64,000 nucleotides of DNA. Source: Auanema rhodensis (Eukaryota > Animalia > Nematoda). The stretch is from contig OZ059899.1 of NCBI GenBank assembly GCA_964057225.1, forward strand, positions 19,964,001 to 20,028,000, given 5' to 3'. Of the stretch, positions 26,201-41,900 are shown in pieces; positions within the stretch are counted from its first letter, which is position 1; each line of letters opens with the position of its first letter. The notes under the pieces are model-generated. The model ran no database searches. It worked only from the letters and a program-made list of their open reading frames with translations, and had not been told where the DNA came from. The translations under genes were made by a program, and so were the position numbers.

Positions 26201-29200
26201 TTTTGACAAAAATTTTTCCGAAAAATTTCGAAATAATTTCGCAAAAAGTAGATGTTTTCAGATTCCTTTTTTCAAGGCAAAGACGATGGACATTGTTATT
26301 CAACGAAAAAATTGATTCTGCAGGGTGAAAATCGAGGATATAAGTGTGAACTTATATCAGTTGATATCTCGGTGCATTTTTAAGCTAACGCAAATCTAAT
26401 AACACAGATCGACGCAGCTTAAAAATCCGCATCGAATGCACTATACAACATTGAGAAACGCTTAATACAAAAATTAGTTATGATCGTTTGAAAAAAGATG
26501 CATTAGTGTATGTTGAGTTTCCATGTACACTCAACATTGCTTCCAAAAACATTTTGACAAAAATTTTTCCAAAAAATTTCAAAATAATTTCGCAAAAAGT
26601 AAATGTTTTTAGATTCCTTTCTCCAAGGCAAAGACGATGGACAATGTTATTCAACGAAAAAATTAATTCTGCAGGGTGAAAATCGAGGATATAAGTGTGA
26701 ACTTATATCAGTTGATATCTCGGTGCATTTTTAAGCTAGCGCAAATCTGATAACACAGATCGACGCAGCTTAAAAATCCGCATCGAATGCACTATACTAC
26801 ATTGAAAAACGCTTAATACAAAAATTAGTTATGATCGTTTGAAAAAAGATGCATTAGTGTATGTTGAGTTTCCATGTACACTCAACATTGCTTCCAAAAA
26901 CATTTTGACAAAAATTTTTCCGAAAAATTTCAAAATAATTTCGCAAAAAGTAGATGTTTTTAGATTCCTTTTTTCAAGGCAAAGACGATGGACATTGTTA
27001 TTCAACGAAAAAATTGATTCTGCAGGGTGAAAATCGAGGATATAAGTGTGAACTTATATCAGTTGATATCTCGGTGCATTTTTAAGCTAGCGCAAATCTA
27101 ATAACACAGATCGACGCAGCTTAAAAATCCGCATCGAATGCACTATACAACATTGAGAAACGCTTAACACAAAAATTAGTTATGATCGTTTGAAAAATGA
27201 TGCATTAGTGTATGTTGAGTTTCCATGTACACTCAACATTGCTTCCAAAAACATTTTTACAAAAATTTTTCCGGAAAATTTCGAAATAATTTCACAAAAA
27301 GTAGATGTTTTCAGATTCCTTTTTTCAAGGCAAAGACGATGGACATTGTTATTCAACGAAAAAATTGATTCTGCAGGGTGAAAATCGAGGATATAAGTGT
27401 GAATTTATATCAGTTGATATCTCGGTGCATTTTCAAGCTAGCGCAAATCTGATAACACAGATCGACGCAGCTTAAAAATCCGCATCGAATGCACTATACA
27501 ACATTGAGAAACGCTTAACACAAAAATTAGTTATAATCGTTTGAAAAATGATGCATTAGTGTATGTTGAGTTTCCATGTACACTCAACATTGCTTCCAAA
27601 AACATTTTGACAAAAATTTTTCCGGAAAATTTCGAAATAATTTCGCAAAAAGTAGATGTTTTCAGATTCCTTTTTTCAAGGCAAAGACGATGGACATTGT
27701 TATTCAACGAAAAAATTGATTCTGCAGGGTGAAAATCGAGGATATAAGTGTGAACTTATATCAGTTGATATCTCGGTGCATTTTTAAGCTAGCGCAAATC
27801 TGATAACACAGCTCGACGCAGCTTAAAAATCCGCATCGAATGCACTATACTACATTGAAAAACGCTTAATTCAAAAATTAGTTATGATCGTTTGAAAAAT
27901 GATGCATTAGTGTATGTTGAGTTTCCATGTACACTCAACATTGCATCCAAAAACATTTTTACAAAAATTTTTCCGAAAAATTTCAAAATAATTTCGCAAA
28001 AAGTAGATGTTTTTAGATTCCTTTTTTTAAGGCAAAAACGATGGACAATGTTATTCAACGAAAAAATTAATTCTGCAGGGTGAAAATCGAGGATATAAGT
28101 GTGAATTTATATCAGTTGATATCTCGGTGCATTTTCAAGCTAGCGCAAATCTGATAACACAGATCGACGCAGCTTAAAAATCCGCATCGAATGCACTATA
28201 CTACATTGAGAAACGCTTGATACAAAAATTAGTTATGATCGTTTGAAAAAAGATGCATTAGTGTATGTTGAGTTTCCATGTACACTCAACATTGCTTCCA
28301 AAAACATTTTGACAAAAATTTTTCCAAAAAATTTCAAAATAATTTCGCAAAAAGTAAATGTTTTTAGATTCCTTTCTCCAAGGCAAAGACGATGGACAAT
28401 GTTATTCAACGAAAAAATTAATTCTGCAGGGTGAAAATCGAGGATATAAGTGTGAACTTATATCAGTTGATATCTCGGTGCATTTTTAAGGTAGCGCAAA
28501 TCTGATAACACAGATCGACGCAGCTTAAAAATCCGCATCGAATGCACTATACTACATTGAAAAACGCTTAATACAAAAATTAGTTATGATCGTTTGAAAA
28601 AAGATGCATTAGTGTATGTTGAGTTTCCATGTACACTCAACATTGCTTCCAAAAACATTTTGACAAAAATTTTTCCGAAAAATTTCAAAATAATTTCGCA
28701 AAAAGTAGATGTTTTTAGATTCCTTTTTTCAAGGCAAAGACGATGGACATTGTTATTCAACGGAAAAATTGATTCTGCAGGGTGAAAATCGAGGATATAA
28801 GTGTGAACTTATATCAGTTGATATCTCGGTGCATTTTTAAGCTAGCGCAAATCTAATAACACAGATCGACGCAGCTTAAAAATCCGCATCGAATGCACTA
28901 TACAACATTGAGAAACGCTTAACACAAAAATTAGTTATGATCGTTTGAAAAATGATGCATTAGTGTATGTTGAGTTTCCATGTACACTCAACATTGGTTC
29001 CAAAAACATTTTGAGAAAAATTTTTCCGAAAAATTTCGAAATAATTTCGCAAAAAGTAGATGTTTTCAGATTCCTTTTTTCAAGGCAAAGACGATGGACA
29101 TTGTTATTCAACGAAAAAATTGATTCTGCAGGGTGAAAATCGAGGATATAAGTGTGAACTTATATCAGTTGATATCTCGGTGCATTTTTAAGGTAGCGCA

Positions 29201-30060
29201 AATCTGATAACACAGATCGACGCAGCTTAAAAATCCGCATCGAATGCACTATACTACATTGAAAAACGCTTAATACAAAAATTAGTTATGATCGTTTGAA
29301 AAAAGATGCATTAGTGTATGTTGAGTTTCCATGTACACTCAACATTGCTTCCAAAAACATTTTGACAAAAATTTTTCCGAAAAATTTCAAAATAATTTCG
29401 CAAAAAGTAGATGTTTTTAGTTTCCTTTTTTCAAGGCAAAGACGATGGACATTGTTATTCAACGAAAAAATTGATTCTGCAGGGTGAAAATCGAGGATAT
29501 AAGTGTGAACTTATATCAGTTGATATCTCGGTGCATTTTTAAGCTAGCGCAAATCTAATAACACAGATCGACGCAGCTTAAAAATCCGCATCGAATGCAC
29601 TATACAACATTGAGAAACGCTTAACACAAAAATAAGTTATGATCGTTTGAAAAATGATGCATTAGTGTATGTTGAGTTTCCATGTACACTCAACATTGGT
29701 TCCAAAAACATTTTGACAAAAATTTTTCCGAAAAATTTCGAAATAATTTCGCAAAAAGTAGATGTTTTCAGATTCCTTTTTTCAAGGCAAAGACGATGGA
29801 CATTGTTATTCAACGAAAAAATTGATTCTGCAGGGTGAAAATCGAGGATATAAGTGTGAACTTATATCAGTTGATATCTCGGTGCATTTTTAAGCTAACG
29901 CAAATCTAATAACACAGATCGACGCAGCTTAAAAATCCGCATCGAATGCACTATACAACATTGAGAAACGCTTAATACAAAAATTAGTTATGATCGTTTG
30001 AAAAAAGATGCATTAGTGTATGTTGAGTTTCCATGTACACTCAACATTGCTTCCAAAAAC
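23230..30060. repeat. 10-monomer higher-order tandem duplication (period 3510 bp), with related partial copies between ~16.3 and ~31.2 kb
   Basis: AACGGAAAA marker at 25253/28763 (also 17531). TTCACA marker at 20274/23784/27294. ORF variant order is identical for 23329-26328 and 26839-29838. Confidence 0.92.
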
Positions 30061-33000
30061 ATTTTTACAAAAATTTTTCCGAAAAATTTCAAAATAATTT
30101 CGCAAAAAGTAGATGTTTTTAGATTCCTTTTCTTAAGGCAAAAACGATGGACAATGTTATTCAACGAAAAAATTAATTCTGCAGGGTGAAAATCGAGGAT
30201 ATAAGTGTGAATTTATATCAGTTGATATCTCGGTGCATTTTTAAGCTAGCGCAAATCTGATAACACAGATCGACGCAGCTTAAAAATCCGCATCGAATGC
30301 ACTATACTACATTGAAAAACGCTTAATACAAAAATTAGTTATGATCGTTTGAAAAAAGATGCATTAGTGTATGTTGAGTTTCCATGTACACTCAACATTG
30401 CTTCCAAAAACATTTTGACAAAAATTTTTCCAAAAAATTTCAAAATAATTTCGCAAAAAGTAAATGTTTTTAGATTCCTTTCTCCAAGGCAAAGACGATG
30501 GACAATGTTATTCAACGAAAAAATTAATTCTGCAGGGTGAAAATCGAGGATATAAGTGTGAACTTATATCAGTTGATATCTCGGTGCATTTTTAAGCTAG
30601 CGCAAATCTGATAACACAGATCGACGCAGCTTAAAAATCCGCATCGAATGCACTATACTACATTGAAAAACGCTTAATACAAAAATTAGTTATGATCGTT
30701 TGAAAAAAGATGCATTAGTGTATGTTGAGTTTCCATGTACACTCAACATTGCTTCCAAAAACATTTTGACAAAAATTTTTCCGAAAAATTTCAAAATAAT
30801 TTCGCAAAAAGTAGATGTTTTTAGATTCCTTTTTTCAAGGCAAAGACGATGGACATTGTTATTCAACGAAAAAATTGATTCTGCAGGGTGAAAATCGAGG
30901 ATATAAGTGTGAACTTATATCAGTTGATATCTCGGTGCATTTTTAAGCTAGCGCAAATCTAATAACACAGATCGACGCAGCTTAAAAATCCGCATCGAAT
31001 GCACTATACAACATTGAGAAACGCTTAACACAAAAATTAGTTATGATCGTTTGAAAAATGATGCATTAGTGTATGTTGAGTTTCCATGTACACTCAACAT
31101 TGCTTCCAAAAACATTTTTACAAAAATTTTTCCGGAAAATTTCGAAATAATTTCACAAAAAGTAGATGTTTTCAGATTCCTTTTTTCAAGGCAAAGACGA
31201 TGGACATTGTTATTCAACGAAAAAATTGATTCTGCAGGGTGAAAATCGAGGATATAAGTGTGAACTTATATCAGTTGATATCTCGGTGCATTTTTAAGCT
31301 AGCGCAAATCTGATAACACAGCTCGACGCAGCTTAAAAATCCGCATCGAATGCACTATACTACATTGAAAAACGCTTAATACAAAAATTAGTTATGATCG
31401 TTTGAAAAATGATGCATTAGTGTATGTTGAGTTTCCATGTACACTCAACATTGCTTCCAAAAACATTTTTACAAAAATTTTTCCGAAAAATTTCAAAATA
31501 ATTTCGCAAAAAGTAGATGTTTTTAGATTCCTTTTTTTAAGGCAAAAACGATGGACAATGTTATTCAACGAAAAAATTAATTCTGCAGGGTGAAAATCGA
31601 GGATATAAGTGTGAATTTATATCAGTTGATATCTCGGTGCATTTTCAAGCTAGCGCAAATCTGATAACACAGATCGACGCAGCTTAAAAATCCGCATCGA
31701 ATGCACTATACTACATTGAGAAACGCTTGATACAAAAATTAGTTATGATCGTTTGAAAAAAGATGCATTAGTGTATGTTGAGTTTCCATATACACTCAAC
31801 ATTGCTTCCAAAAACATTTTTACAAAAATTTTTCCGAAAAATTTCAAAATAATTTCGCAAAAAGTAGATGTTTTTAGATTCCTTTTTTTAAGGCAAAAAC
31901 GATGGACAATGTTATTCAACGAAAAAATTAATTCTGCAGGGTGAAAATCGAGGATATAAGTGTGAATTTATATCAGTTGATATCTCGGTGCATTTTTAAG
32001 CTAGCGCAAATCTGATAACACAGATCGACGCAGCTTAAAAATCCGCATCGAATGCACTATACTACATTGAGAAACACTTGATACAAAAATTAGTTATGAT
32101 CGTTTGAAAAAAGATGCATTAGTGTATGTTGAGTTTCCATGTACACTCAACATTGCTTCCAAAAACATTTTGACAAAAATTTTTCCAAAAAATTTCAAAA
32201 TAATTTCGCAAAAAGTAAATGTTTTTAGATTCCTTTCTCCAAGGCAAAGACGATGGACAATGTTATTCAACGAAAAAATTAATTCTGCAGGGTGAAAATC
32301 GAGGATATAAGTGTGAACTTATATCAGTTGATATCTCGGTGCATTTTTAAGCTAGCGCAAATCTGATAACACAGATCGACGCAGCTTAAAAATCCGCATC
32401 GAATGCACTATACTACATTGAAAAACGCTTAATACAAAAATTAGTTATGATCGTTTGAAAAAAGATGCATTAGTGTATGTTGAGTTTCCATGTACACTCA
32501 ACATTGCTTCCAAAAACATTTCGACAAAAATTTTTCCGAAAAATTTCAAAATAATTTCGCAAAAAGTAGATGTTTTTAGATTCCTTTTTTCAAGGCAAAG
32601 ACGATGGACATTGTTATTCAACGAAAAAATTGATTCTGCAGGGTGAAAATCGAGGATATAAGTGTGAACTTATATCAGTTGATATCTCGGTGCATTTTTA
32701 AGCTAGCGCAAATCTAATAACACAGATCGACGCAGCTTAAAAATCCGCATCGAATGCACTATACAACATTGAGAAACGCTTAACACAAAAATTAGTTATG
32801 ATCGTTTGAAAAATGATGCATTAGTGTATGTTGAGTTTCCATGTACACTCAACATTGGTTCCAAAAACATTTTGACAAAAATTTTTCCGAAAAATTTCGA
32901 AATAATTTCGCAAAAAGTAGATGTTTTCAGATTCCTTTTTTCAAGGCAAAGACGATGGACATTGTTATTCAACGAAAAAATTGATTCTGCAGGGTGAAAA

Positions 33001-35964
33001 TCGAGGATATAAGTGTGAACTTATATCAGTTGATATCTCGGTGCATTTTTAAGCTAGCGCAAATCTGATAACACAGATCGACGCAGCTTAAAAATCCGCA
33101 TCGAATGCACTATACTACATTGAAAAACGCTTAATACAAAAATTAGTTATGATCGTTTGAAAAAAGATGCATTAGTGTATGTTGAGTTTCCATGTACACT
33201 CAACATTGCTTCCAAAAACATTTTTACAAAAATTTTTCCGAAAAATTTCAAAATAATTTCGCAAAAAGTAGATGTTTTTAGATTCCTTTTTTTAAGGCAA
33301 AAACGATGGACAATGTTATTCAACGAAAAAATTAATTCTGCAGGGTGAAAATCGAGGATATAAGTGTGAATTTATATCAGTTGATATCTCGGTGCATTTT
33401 TAAGCTAGCGCAAATCTGATAACACAGATCGACGCAGCTTAAAAATCCGCATCGAATGCACTATACTACATTGAGAAACGCTTGATACAAAAATTAGTTA
33501 TGATCGTTTGAAAAAAGATGCATTAGTGTATGTTGAGTTTCCATATACACTCAACATTGCTTCCAAAAACATTTTGACAAAAATTTTTCCGAAAAATTTC
33601 AAAATAATTTCGCAAAAAGTAAATGTTTTTAGATTCCTTTCTCCAAGGCAAAGACGATGGACAATGTTATTCAACGAAAAAATTAATTCTGCAGGGTGAA
33701 AATCGAGGATATAAGTGTGAACTTATATCAGTTGATATCTCGGTGCATTTTTAAGCTAGCGCAAATCTGATAACACAGATCGACGCAGCTTAAAAATCCG
33801 CATCGAATGCACTATACTACATTGAGAAACGCTTAATACAAAAATTAGTTATGATCGTTTGAAAAAAGATGCATTAGTGTATGTTGAGTTTCCATGTACA
33901 CTCAACATTGCTTCCAAAAACATTTTTACAAAAATTTTTCCGAAAAATTTCAAAATAATTTCGCAAAAAGTAGATGTTTTTAGATTCCTTTTTTTAAGGC
34001 AAAAACGATGGACAATGTTATTCAACGAAAAAATTAATTCTGCAGGGTGAAAATCGAGGATATAAGTGTGAATTTATATCAGTTGATATCTCGGTGCATT
34101 TTTAAGCTAGCGCAAATCTGATAACACAGATCGACGCAGCTTAAAAATCCGCATCGAATGCACTATACTACATTGAAAAACGCTTAATACAAAAATTAGT
34201 TATGATCGTTTGAAAAAAGATGCATTAGTGTATGTTGAGTTTCCATGTACACTCAACATTGCTTCCAAAAACATTTTTACAAAAATTTTTCCGAAAAATT
34301 TCAAAATAATTTCGCAAAAAGTAGATGTTTTTAGATTCCTTTTTTTAAGGCAAAAACGATGGACAATGTTATTCAACGAAAAAATTAATTCTGCAGGGTG
34401 AAAATCGAGGATATAAGTGTGAATTTATATCAGTTGATATCTCGGTGCATTTTTAAGCTAGCGCAAATCTGATAACACAGATCGACGCAGCTTAAAAATC
34501 CGCATCGAATGCACTATACTACATTGAGAAACGCTTGATACAAAAATTAGTTATGATCGTTTGAAAAAAGATGCATTAGTGTATGTTGAGTTTCCATATA
34601 CACTCAACATTGCTTCCAAAAACATTTTGACAAAAATTTTTCCGAAAAATTTCAAAATAATTTCGCAAAAAGTAAATGTTTTTAGATTCCTTTCTCCAAG
34701 GCAAAGACGATGGACAATGTTATTCAACGAAAAAATTAATTCTGCAGGGTGAAAATCGAGGATATAAGTGTGAACTTATATCAGTTGATATCTCGGTGCA
34801 TTTTTAAGCTAGCGCAAATCTGATAACACAGATCGACGCAGCTTAAAAATCCGCATCGAATGCACTATACTACATTGAGAAACGCTTAATACAAAAATTA
34901 GTTATGATCGTTTGAAAAAAGATGCATTAGTGTATGTTGAGTTTCCATGTACACTCAACATTGCTTCCAAAAACATTTTTACAAAAATTTTTCCGAAAAA
35001 TTTCAAAATAATTTCGCAAAAAGTAGATGTTTTTAGATTCCTTTTTTTAAGGCAAAAACGATGGACAATGTTATTCAACGAAAAAATTAATTCTGCAGGG
35101 TGAAAATCGAGGATATAAGTGTGAATTTATATCAGTTGATATCTCGGTGCATTTTTAAGCTAGCGCAAATCTGATAACACAGATCGACGCAGCTTAAAAA
35201 TCCGCATCGAATGCACTATACTACATTGAGAAACGCTTGATACAAAAATTAGTTATGATCGTTTGAAAAAAGATGCATTAGTGTATGTTGAGTTTCCATG
35301 TACACTCAACATTGCTTCCAAAAACATTTTGACAAAAATTTTTCCAAAAAATTTCAAAATAATTTCGCAAAAAGTAAATGTTTTTAGATTCCTTTCTCCA
35401 AGGCAAAGACGATGGACAATGTTATTCAACGAAAAAATTAATTCTGCAGGGTGAAAATCGAGGATATAAGTGTGAACTTATATCAGTTGATATCTCGGTG
35501 CATTTTTAAGCTAGCGCAAATCTGATAACACAGATCGACGCAGCTTAAAAATCCGCATCGAATGCACTATACTACATTGAAAAACGCTTAATACAAAAAT
35601 TAGTTATGATCGTTTGAAAAAAGATGCATTAGTGTATGTTGAGTTTCCATGTACACTCAACATTGCTTCCAAAAACATTTTGACAAAAATTTTTCCGAAA
35701 AATTTCAAAATAATTTCGCAAAAAGTAGATGTTTTTAGATTCCTTTTTTCAAGGCAAAGACGATGGACATTGTTATTCAACGAAAAAATTGATTCTGCAG
35801 GGTGAAAATCGAGGATATAAGTGTGAACTTATATCAGTTGATATCTCGGTGCATTTTTAAGCTAGCGCAAATCTAATAACACAGATCGACGCAGCTTAAA
35901 AATCCGCATCGAATGCACTATACAACATTGAGAAACGCTTAACACAAAAATTAGTTATGATCGT

Positions 35965-38900
35965 TTGAAAAATGATGCATTAGTGTATGTTGAGTTTCCA
36001 TGTACACTCAACATTGGTTCCAAAAACATTTTGACAAAAATTTTTCCGAAAAATTTCGAAATAATTTCGCAAAAAGTAGATGTTTTCAGATTCCTTTTTT
36101 CAAGGCAAAGACGATGGACATTGTTATTCAACGAAAAAATTGATTCTGCAGGGTGAAAATCGAGGATATAAGTGTGAACTTATATCAGTTGATATCTCGG
36201 TGCATTTTTAAGCTAACGCAAATCTAATAACACAGATCGACGCAGCTTAAAAATCCGCATCGAATGCACTATACAACATTGAGAAACGCTTAATACAAAA
36301 ATTAGTTATAATCGTTTGAAAAATGATGCATTAGTGTATGTTGAGTTTCCATGTACACTCAACATTGCTTCCAAAAACATTTCGACAAAAATTTTTCCGA
36401 AAAATTTCAAAATAATTTCGCAAAAAGTAGATGTTTTTAGATTCCTTTTTTCAAGGCAAAGACGATGGACATTGTTATTCAACGAAAAAATTGATTCTGC
36501 AGGGTGAAAATCGAGGATATAAGTGTGAACTTATATCAGTTGATATCTCGGTGCATTTTTAAGCTAGCGCAAATCTAATAACACAGATCGACGCAGCTTA
36601 AAAATCCGCATCGAATGCACTATACAACATTGAGAAACGCTTAACACAAAAATTAGTTATGATCGTTTAAAAAATGATGCATTAGTGTATGTTGAGTTTC
36701 CATGTACACTCAACATTGGTTCCAAAAACATTTTGACAAAAATTTTTCCGAAAAATTTCGAAATAATTTCGCAAAAAGTAGATCTTTTCAGATTCCTTTT
36801 TTCAAGGCAAAGACGATGGACATTGTTATTCAACGAAAAAATTGATTCTGCAGGGTGAAAATCGAGGATATAAGTGTGAACTTATATCAGTTGATATCTC
36901 GGTGCATTTTTAAGCTAGCGCAAATCTGATAACACAGATCGACGCAGCTTAAAAATCCGCATCGAATGCACTATACTACATTGAAAAACGCTTAATACAA
37001 AAATTAGTTATGATCGTTTGAAAAAAGATGCATTAGTGTATGTTGAGTTTCCATGTACACTCAACATTGCTTCCAAAAACATTTTTACAAAAATTTTTCC
37101 GAAAAATTTCAAAATAATTTCGCAAAAAGTAGATGTTTTTAGATTCCTTTTTTTAAGGCAAAAACGATGGACAATGTTATTCAACGAAAAAATTAATTCT
37201 GCAGGGTGAAAATCGAGGATATAAGTGTGAATTTATATCAGTTGATATCTCGGTGCATTTTTAAGCTAGCGCAAATCTGATAACACAGATCGACGCAGCT
37301 TAAAAATCCGCATCGAATGCACTATACTACATTGAGAAACGCTTGATACAAAAATTAGTTATGATCGTTTGAAAAAAGATGCATTAGTGTATGTTGAGTT
37401 TCCATATACACTCAACATTGCTTCCAAAAACATTTTGACAAAAATTTTTCCGAAAAATTTCAAAATAATTTCGCGAAAAGTAAATGTTTTTAGATTCCTT
37501 TCTCCAAGGCAAAGACGATGGACAATGTTATTCAACGAAAAAATTAATTCTGCAGGGTGAAAATCGAGGATATAAGTGTGAACTTATATCAGTTGATATC
37601 TCGGTGCATTTTTAAGCTAGCGCAAATCTGATAACACAGATCGACGCAGCTTAAAAATCCGCATCGAATGCACTATACTACATTGAAAAACGCTTAATAC
37701 AAAAATTAGTTATGATCGTTTGAAAAAAGATGCATTAGTGTATGTTGAGTTTCCATGTACACTCAACATTGCTTCCAAAAACATTTTTACAAAAATTTTT
37801 CCGAAAAATTTCAAAATAATTTCGCAAAAAGTAGATGTTTTTAGATTCCTTTTTTTAAGGCAAAAACGATGGACAATGTTATTCAACGAAAAAATTAATT
37901 CTGCAGGGTGAAAATCGAGGATATAAGTGTGAATTTATATCAGTTGATATCTCGGTGCATTTTTAAGCTAGCGCAAATCTGATAACACAGATCGACGCAG
38001 CTTAAAAATCCGCATCGAATGCACTATACTACATTGAGAAACGCTTGATACAAAAATTAGTTATGATCGTTTGAAAAAAGATGCATTAGTGTATGTTGAG
38101 TTTCCATGTACACTCAACATTGCTTCCAAAAACATTTTGACAAAAATTTTTCCAAAAAATTTCAAAATAATTTCGCAAAAAGTAAATGTTTTTAGATTCC
38201 TTTCTCCAAGGCAAAGACGATGGACAATGTTATTCAACGAAAAAATTAATTCTGCAGGGTGAAAATCGAGGATATAAGTGTGAACTTATATCAGTTGATA
38301 TCTCGGTGCATTTTTAAGCTAGCGCAAATCTGATAACACAGATCGACGCAGCTTAAAAATCCGCATCGAATGCACTATACTACATTGAAAAACGCTTAAT
38401 ACAAAAATTAGTTATGATCGTTTGAAAAAAGATGCATTAGTGTATGTTGAGTTTCCATGTACACTCAACATTGCTTCCAAAAACATTTTGACAAAAATTT
38501 TTCCAAAAAATTTCAAAATAATTTCGCAAAAAGTAAATGTTTTTAGATTCCTTTCTCCAAGGCAAAGACGATGGACAATGTTATTCAACGAAAAAATTAA
38601 TTCTGCAGGGTGAAAATCGAGGATATAAGTGTGAACTTATATCAGTTGATATCTCGGTGCATTTTTAAGCTAGCGCAAATCTGATAACACAGATCGACGC
38701 AGCTTAAAAATCCGCATCGAATGCACTATACTACATTGAAAAACGCTTAATACAAAAATTAGTTATGATCGTTTGAAAAAAGATGCATTAGTGTATGTTG
38801 AGTTTCCATGTACACTCAACATTGCTTCCAAAAACATTTCGACAAAAATTTTTCCGAAAAATTTCAAAATAATTTCGCAAAAAGTAGATGTTTTTAGATT

Positions 38901-41900
38901 CCTTTTTTCAAGGCAAAGACGATGGACATTGTTATTCAACGAAAAAATTGATTCTGCAGGGTGAAAATCGAGGATATAAGTGTGAACTTATATCAGTTGA
39001 TATCTCGGTGCATTTTTAAGCTAGCGCAAATCTAATAACACAGATCGACGCAGCTTAAAAATCCGCATCGAATGCACTATACAACATTGAGAAACGCTTA
39101 ACACAAAAATTAGTTATGATCGTTTGAAAAATGATGCATTAGTGTATGTTGAGTTTCCATGTACACTCAACATTGGTTCCAAAAACATTTTGACAAAAAT
39201 TTTTCCGAAAAATTTCGAAATAATTTCGCAAAAAGTAGATGTTTTCAGATTCCTTTTTTCAAGGCAAAGACGATGGACATTGTTATTCAACGAAAAAATT
39301 GATTCTGCAGGGTGAAAATCGAGGATATAAGTGTGAACTTATATCAGTTGATATCTCGGTGCATTTTTAAGCTAGCGCAAATCTGATAACACAGATCGAC
39401 GCAGCTTAAAAATCCGCATCGAATGCACTATACTACATTGAAAAACGCTTAATACAAAAATTAGTTATGATCGTTTGAAAAAAGATGCATTAGTGTATGT
39501 TGAGTTTCCATGTACACTCAACATTGCTTCCAAAAACATTTTTACAAAAATTTTTCCGAAAAATTTCAAAATAATTTCGCAAAAAGTAGATGTTTTTAGA
39601 TTCCTTTTTTTAAGGCAAAAACGATGGACAATGTTATTCAACGAAAAAATTAATTCTGCAGGGTGAAAATCGAGGATATAAGTGTGAATTTATATCAGTT
39701 GATATCTCGGTGCATTTTTAAGCTAGCGCAAATCTGATAACACAGATCGACGCAGCTTAAAAATCCGCATCGAATGCACTATACTACATTGAGAAACGCT
39801 TGATACAAAAATTAGTTATGATCGTTTGAAAAAAGATGCATTAGTGTATGTTGAGTTTCCATATACACTCAACATTGCTTCCAAAAACATTTTGACAAAA
39901 ATTTTTCCGAAAAATTTCAAAATAATTTCGCAAAAAGTAAATGTTTTTAGATTCCTTTCTCCAAGGCAAAGACGATGGACAATGTTATTCAACGAAAAAA
40001 TTAATTCTGCAGGGTGAAAATCGAGGATATAAGTGTGAACTTATATCAGTTGATATCTCGGTGCATTTTTAAGCTAGCGCAAATCTGATAACACAGATCG
40101 ACGCAGCTTAAAAATCCGCATCGAATGCACTATACTACATTGAGAAACGCTTAATACAAAAATTAGTTATGATCGTTTGAAAAAAGATGCATTAGTGTAT
40201 GTTGAGTTTCCATGTACACTCAACATTGCTTCCAAAAACATTTTTACAAAAATTTTTCCGAAAAATTTCAAAATAATTTCGCAAAAAGTAGATGTTTTTA
40301 GATTCCTTTTTTTAAGGCAAAAACGATGGACAATGTTATTCAACGAAAAAATTAATTCTGCAGGGTGAAAATCGAGGATATAAGTGTGAATTTATATCAG
40401 TTGATATCTCGGTGCATTTTTAAGCTAGCGCAAATCTGATAACACAGATCGACGCAGCTTAAAAATCCGCATCGAATGCACTATACTACATTGAGAAACG
40501 CTTGATACAAAAATTAGTTATGATCGTTTGAAAAAAGATGCATTAGTGTATGTTGAGTTTCCATGTACACTCAACATTGCTTCCAAAAACATTTTGACAA
40601 AAATTTTTCCAAAAAATTTCAAAATAATTTCGCAAAAAGTAAATGTTTTTAGATTCCTTTCTCCAAGGCAAAGACGATGGACAATGTTATTCAACGAAAA
40701 AATTAATTCTGCAGGGTGAAAATCGAGGATATAAGTGTGAACTTATATCAGTTGATATCTCGGTGCATTTTTAAGCTAGCGCAAATCTAATAACACAGAT
40801 CGACGCAGCTTAAAAATCCGCATCGAATGCACTATACAACATTGAGAAACGCTTAACACAAAAATTAGTTATGATCGTTTGAAAAATGATGCATTAGTGT
40901 ATGTTGAGTTTCCATGTACACTCAACATTGGTTCCAAAAACATTTTGACAAAAATTTTTCCGAAAAATTTCGAAATAATTTCGCAAAAAGTAGATGTTTT
41001 CAGATTCCTTTTTTCAAGGCAAAGACGATGGACATTGTTATTCAACGAAAAAATTGATTCTGCAGGGTGAAAATCGAGGATATAAGTGTGAACTTATATC
41101 AGTTGATATCTCGGTGCATTTTTAAGCTAACGCAAATCTAATAACACAGATCGACGCAGCTTAAAAATCCGCATCGAATGCACTATACAACATTGAGAAA
41201 CGCTTAATACAAAAATTAGTTATAATCGTTTGAAAAATGATGCATTAGTGTATGTTGAGTTTCCATGTACACTCAACATTGCTTCCAAAAACATTTCGAC
41301 AAAAATTTTTCCGAAAAATTTCAAAATAATTTCGCAAAAAGTAGATGTTTTTAGATTCCATTTTTCAAGGCAAAGACGATGGACATTGTTATTCAACGAA
41401 AAAATTGATTCTGCAGGGTGAAAATCGAGGATATAAGTGTGAACTTATATCAGTTGATATCTCGGTGCATTTTTAAGCTAGCGCAAATCTAATAACACAG
41501 ATCGACGCAGCTTAAAAATCCGCATCGAATGCACTATACAACATTGAGAAACGCTTAACACAAAAATTAGTTATGATCGTTTGAAAAATGATGCATTAGT
41601 GTATGTTGAGTTTCCATGTACACTCAACATTGGTTCCAAAAACATTTTGACAAAAATTTTTCCGAAAAATTTCGAAATAATTTCGCAAAAAGTAGATGTT
41701 TTCAGATTCCTTTTTTCAAGGCAAAGACGATGGACATTGTTATTCAACGAAAAAATTGATTCTGCAGGGTGAAAATCGAGGATATAAGTGTGAACTTATA
41801 TCAGTTGATATCTCGGTGCATTTTTAAGCTAGCGCAAATCTGATAACACAGATCGACGCAGCTTAAAAATCCGCATCGAATGCACTATACTACATTGAAA

